A stretch of 64,000 nt of DNA, from assembly GCA_951406725.2 (NCBI GenBank), contig OX597819.1:18290001-18354000 (forward strand), written 5' to 3'. The notes beneath the pieces are model-generated. The model did not search any database and was not told where the DNA came from. It saw nothing but the letters and a program-made list of their open reading frames with translations. A program made the position numbers and the translations under genes. Positions 58,676-64,000 of this stretch are shown here, piece after piece (positions within the stretch are counted from its first letter, which is position 1; every line of letters begins with the position of its first letter). This DNA is from Octopus vulgaris (taxonomy: Eukaryota).

Positions 58676-58844
58676 AAAGAAGATTTCTTAGTTGTATTAT
58701 TATTCTCACTGATATTACGATTAATATAATAATACAAATAATCTGAGTATTAGTATTTTATTTTATAGAAGTTTTATGAACAGTGTCACTAAAAGGAGCT
58801 GCCCAAGTAGCAGCAGCAGTAGTAGTAGCACAAGAAGTATTAGC

Positions 58845-58893
<49 letters not shown>

Positions 58894-58900
58894 ATTGTAG
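58380..58900. repeat. (AAT)n/(AGT)n compound microsatellite
   Basis: Directly visible. Confidence 0.92.
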
Positions 58901-59993
58901 ACGGAATAATGTTAGAGATGTGGTAGTATTTGAATTGCTGATTGCCTTACGTTATTTATTCTTATGTTTGGTTGTTTATTTTGTTTTTGTTTGTTTTATA
59001 TTTGTTGTTTTTGTTTATAACGTTGTTTGATTAAGAAAAATGAAAAGGCGTTGTTAAGCTGAACGAAACAAAACATTGTATATGATTTGTGTCTACAAAG
59101 TCTTGGCGTCTGCTTTGCTTAGTAGCCATTGTCCATTCCCTCGCTTGCAACTCCTCCTCTTCTTCCTCCTCTTCCTCCTCCTCCTCGTCCGCGTCTATCT
59201 CCTCTCTCTCTCTCTCTTTCTCTTTCCCTCTCTCTCTCTGTCTCTTCTTGTTTTTGTACTTCTTTGTATATGTGTAAGCTCTGACTTTTGTGCCTGCGCA
59301 TCAAAGCATCAGGAACTATTAAGAAACTACACACGAATTCAACTTAAACTGAAAAAAAAAACAACAAAAAAAAAACAACAACAACGAATAAAAATAAATA
59401 ACGGAAAACAAACAAACAAGCAAAAAAAACCACAAATGCTTGAATTCTATTGCCGTCAGAAGATGGTACTGATGGAATTTTCCATGGTAACAAGACATTC
59501 TAGTTGACAAGCTGGCAAAGGAAACACTGAGCCCATTCATTTAAGATCTTCTGATTTTCCACAATAGTTGCTATACTATATTTATTAAATCATTATTCCT
59601 TTCTCTTTCTTTCCTACTTCGATTTATTTATTTTTTCTAGAAACTTTTTAATGTGCTTTTCACTAAGTTCTACTAGGAGCGAGTAGCAAGCGTAGAATGC
59701 AATATAATGCAGAATAGTATTGTGTCTGGCCATGAACAGACACTGCTTAAGAAATCGCTTCTAGATCATACATGAAGACAAAAGCAATCTGATCTTTCTA
59801 TTTTACAAATGTATTCTAGCTAAATATATAGGCTTTATTCTTATAGATGATGAGACATTCGCTTGTTTGATCCGTCTATTTCTTTAGCAGTATTAAATCT
59901 GTACCCATTCATCTTTTGCCAAAACATTCTGCTTAGATTGATATACATTTATAATCACATACATGAATATACGTGTACATAATTATACATATG

Positions 59994-60040
<47 letters not shown>

Positions 60041-61860
60041 ATAAATATATAAATATATATATATGCACACAGACACATATATATGTACACACATATATAT
60101 TTATGTCTTTATATGTCTATATAAATGCGTGTATATGTGTTTATATGTATATGTGTGTAGGTATATATATGTATTTATGAAGATATATATGTATGTGTGC
60201 GTGTGTATGTACGTTACATTGATTATCGCATCCATATTTCAAAGTTTGGCTGAAATAAACTCCTCTTATTTATATTGCCAACTGTTTCATCTCGTCCTTT
60301 CTATACCGCTTAATTCTAAATAGGAGCGAAGTAGATATTTATCTGTTTTTGGAGATGATCGATTCAATAATTTTGTCGCCTCTCTAGCGTTTGTTTGCCC
60401 ATAACATTTTCAGGGACCTTCTTTATTATATACGTCTCGACATATGTCCATTAGCTTTGTTATTCATTCACGTTATCACTGACTCGAAGGTTGCTATAAA
60501 CTGGCCGTCGTTATATTTAAAGCATTTCTATAAATCGATTTCTTCCTTAAGTTTCATGGTTTCTTATAAAATTGTTTGTTCAATACAGTCAGGAACATTA
60601 TTTAAAATTGGAGGTATTCCATAACGAAATTTTAATAAATTGTTCGTTGAAATCTATATTAGGAATATGTCTCATTATTTAACTGATCTGTTTTAGATAG
60701 TTCTTAGTACTATGAAAAAAACCGATTCGCTTAATGTATTTTCATTTAAAGTTCACCGTTTCTTTATAATTCATCGTAAGAGATTTTCTCTATGTTACAT
60801 ATGACAACCTATAGATGAACATATGAATCATATTGTTATTAAACATTTATGAAATAGTGGTGGTTTGTTGCCAACTTAATGCGGCAGTCCCAGGAAATGG
60901 AAGAATGCTACTGTCACTACATCTCACTATATCACACTTTGAAAACTTAAGGACGCAGAACGCTTGTGTCACGTAGCCAACTAGAAACACCGTTCCTAGG
61001 GCTAAATAACAGTAGCATTCTTCCCTTTCATTGGACTGTCACATTAAGTTGGCAATAAACCATCACTTTATCGTGCTGCTACTGTATAAGTCTCTTTGAG
61101 AGATTTATACATGCAATATTTCTAACGTATAAAATAGATTAAGAGAAAAACACTCCATGGGGACACATCTCGCTCCCTCTCTCACTCTCACTGTCTCCCT
61201 CCTTCACTGTTTTATTCTATATCAAAACAAATCCGTATATTGTCAACAATCGAAACAGTGCTAATATAGCCTAATTACATAGGTTCCTTCTCATACACCC
61301 AATGGACAGATGGGACTAAATCTTGAGTAATGTAACACAAGAGCATCAGTGATTAAATTCTACAACGACCGTACAAGAGTCACGCTAGAATCACCAGCAC
61401 TATTTGGATTCTACACACCACCCACCTCCACTATCAATATCAAAATTCTACTAAGAACAAGAACAAGAACAAACGATAGAATCCCGACGTGAAGGCTTAG
61501 CGGCAGTGTAATTACTGAAACAAGCAAAGAATTTGCACACCGAATAAGTCACCAACATCATAAGCACTTGTCCGAAAATGTCATCACGGTACTATCTACC
61601 GATGAGACATGATGCTGTAGCTAGAACATTCTATTAAGGAATCCGTCATAAGGATAATCCCGTGGACAAATAAATAAGAACTCACGGTGTGGTAGAAGTC
61701 ATAGCTACTCATTATTAAAAGGAGTACTGATGGAAACCTCAATAAAACGTAAGCACAACCGATCTAATATAATGTTTTGGGAGAGAGAAGATAAACTGTG
61801 TACAGTTGTGGAAATTAGCTGCCCACTATAACACTTGGTAATAGCCGGTTGTAGTTGTAA

Positions 61861-62028
61861 CTAGGCTTCATGTACCTTTGCATGTCGTTTAAGTCCTCCT
61901 GCCGAATTACACTCTCTTCCACATGCCCGACAGATATGATTAGCATGGTGTGTTACACCACCACCAGTGGCCAGGTTGTCACTCATCTGTCTCGTTTTAT
62001 GACTACGAAGATGACTCATTAGTCCAGC

Positions 62029-62030
<2 letters not shown>
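61861..62030 (-). pseudogene. C2H2 zinc-finger fragment, probably the C-terminus of an RTE-like LINE ORF
   Basis: AGLMSHLRSH...CRACGRECNSAGGLKRHAKVHEA*; the 5' end abuts (ATGT)n. Confidence 0.55.
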
Positions 62031-62060
<30 letters not shown>

Positions 62061-62601
62061 CATACATACATACATACATACATACATACATAACCTGTTG
62101 TAGATGCTGAAATTCCGTTGAGGAGGCTTGGAAACCGGCTCTTACTCTGTTGGCAAATACATCTTGAAATAAAACTGAATAATGGCACGCATACATACTT
62201 GCATACATACAAACATACATATGCACACACTTCTATAAAAAAGCTAAGAATAATAGCAATAATAATAATATTAACAACGACAGCAACAATAATAACAATA
62301 ATCCTGTCTACTATAAGCACAAGGTCTGAAATGTTGGAGCAGGAGCCAGTCACTTATATCGACCCTATTACTCATATGGTAATCATTTTATCGATCTCGA
62401 AATGATGAAAGGCAAAGTCGAGCTCAGAGCGTAAAGATGGATGGAATCCCGTTACTAATAATAACATAATCAACACTATCCTCTCCTTCTTCCTCCTACT
62501 TGTGCTCCGCAACGTCAAATTCTTGTTCTTCATCTTCTGCTCCTCCATCTTCGGTTTCTAATTTCTCTTTATGTAGTTTTCTTACCATTAATAGCATTAT
62601 C

Positions 62602-62637
<36 letters not shown>

Positions 62638-62999
62638 GCTTTTGCATAGCTTCTAACACTGGAGATGTATTACAATGTCAGCTGTTCACTACTGGTAAAC
62701 AGAGGTAACACCTCTTATTTTTCGAGCACCTTCTGGTGCATTCGAGCGGTTCCAAGCAGTGCTGTTTTATGCAAGTGCTCCACCATTATTACAGCCCCTA
62801 TTCGTTCCATGTACTTCTCAAGATTTTTACTCGCTGTTCCCAGGGCTCCGGCAATTGTTGGTACTATTACCACCATTTTCATCGACCACAACTGCTTAAC
62901 TTCCCAAGCTAACCTGTCATATCTCTCGAGTTTTCTTGCTTCCTTATCGCATAAATTGTTGTCAGCTGGGCTTGCTTTATTTATGATCCAGCATAGATT
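62638..62999 (-). mobile_element. 3' end of a second R4/Dong-like RLE retrotransposon family with (TAA)n tail
   Basis: Open frame NLCWIINKASPADNNLCDKEARKLERYDRLAWEVKQLW...VPTIAGALG...LHKTALLGTARMHQKVLEK*, then a short UTR and (AAT)n; trinucleotide arrays on the 5' side as well. Confidence 0.87.
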
Positions 63000-63034
63000 C
63001 TTCTTCTTCTTCTCCTTCTTCTTCTTCCTACTAC

Positions 63035-63109
<75 letters not shown>

Positions 63110-64000
63110 TATTATTATTATTAATGTTGGTGTTATTGATAATATAATTTTAAGAACAGTTTTTGCTTGTTTGTGTTGTTATTATTGTCGATGTTACAAT
63201 TACGTAAACGGAACCTGGCGATGTCATTCTACTAAAATAAAATTCCGAATTCTCATTTAAGATGAAGTTCTCAGAACTGAAATCGAAAGGTGTATTCATT
63301 AAATTAATGATATTTATAAAACTTTTCCAGTTTTTCAATCTTTGGAATTCCTTTAAAGTTCTTGCAGAAGGTGAACTGTACGGTTGATGTGCCAATTGGT
63401 TGGTTAGGAATTATTGAAATATTTGGAATTTTAAACGAAATGGAAGAATGTAGATATTTTAGTAATGGTCACAATGATGTTGAAATCCGAACAAAGATAG
63501 ATAGAGAGAGAGAGAAAGCGACAGAGAGAGAGAGAATTCAGAATTTTTTGATATAGAGAGACTTCATAAGGTCACTAGAATAGAAAGTTTTGAATGACAG
63601 TTTTAAATGAATACAGAAAAAATAATCGGAAGCAAATTGTTGATGAAATGAATAATTAGAAGAAAATAAATGAAAAAAACATAATAAGGTGCAGGGTTGA
63701 GAAGTCACCCATTGTATATTCAGTAGGATTATCATATTGATTTTGCGTGAAACATAGTTTAAAACTGCAAATAGTCTCGTAATATATATTTACTAAAATT
63801 AGGTTTATCCGAAAAATGTTTAAAATACAAGCAAATTCGTAATCAAAATAACAAGGGAAAATAGAAATAGATTCTTTTAAAAAATGATGAAACAGCATAA
63901 AAACTCATTTGATCCAAATACAGTGGTGACGTCATTATGAGCGTCATGCTCATAGGAAACAACCTTTGCCACGTTAGTGACGTAAGAACGTATCTTTATA

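Noticed and set aside
59478-59492. RFX X-box-like TTTCCATGGTAAC downstream of a CT-rich tract
   Set aside because: Single imperfect motif with no supporting gene structure.

Overview
AT-rich eukaryotic DNA, intergenic or large-intron in character, and saturated with microsatellites [(TA)n, (CA)n, (TATC)n, (TAA)n, (GAT)n]. The repeat landscape resembles a coleoid cephalopod (Octopus-like) genome; this is inference. No host protein-coding gene, rRNA, true tRNA or CRISPR array can be supported, and almost all ORFs in the track are microsatellite artefacts. The content is mobile DNA: (1) a full-length but dead IR/DR Tc1 transposon (7875-9501); (2) two 5'-truncated copies of one Tx1-like (L1 clade) LINE, both embedded in (TATC)n; (3) two different R4/Dong-like restriction-endonuclease LINE 3' ends and a ~550 bp non-coding element, all associated with (TAA)n; (4) a Neptune-type Penelope-like element with a GIY-YIG ORF and a promoter-rich pseudo-LTR; (5) CR1-like remnants, a deleted mariner-like element and a MITE; (6) more than 20 tRNA-derived SINE copies in several modular families. 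The most notable signals are one intact and several degenerate minimal hammerhead ribozymes (one attached to a tRNA-derived head), a SINE whose 3' tail matches the Tx1-like LINE, and apparent partitioning of microsatellite target niches among retroelements. Coordinates were read by eye, so repeat edges are approximate.
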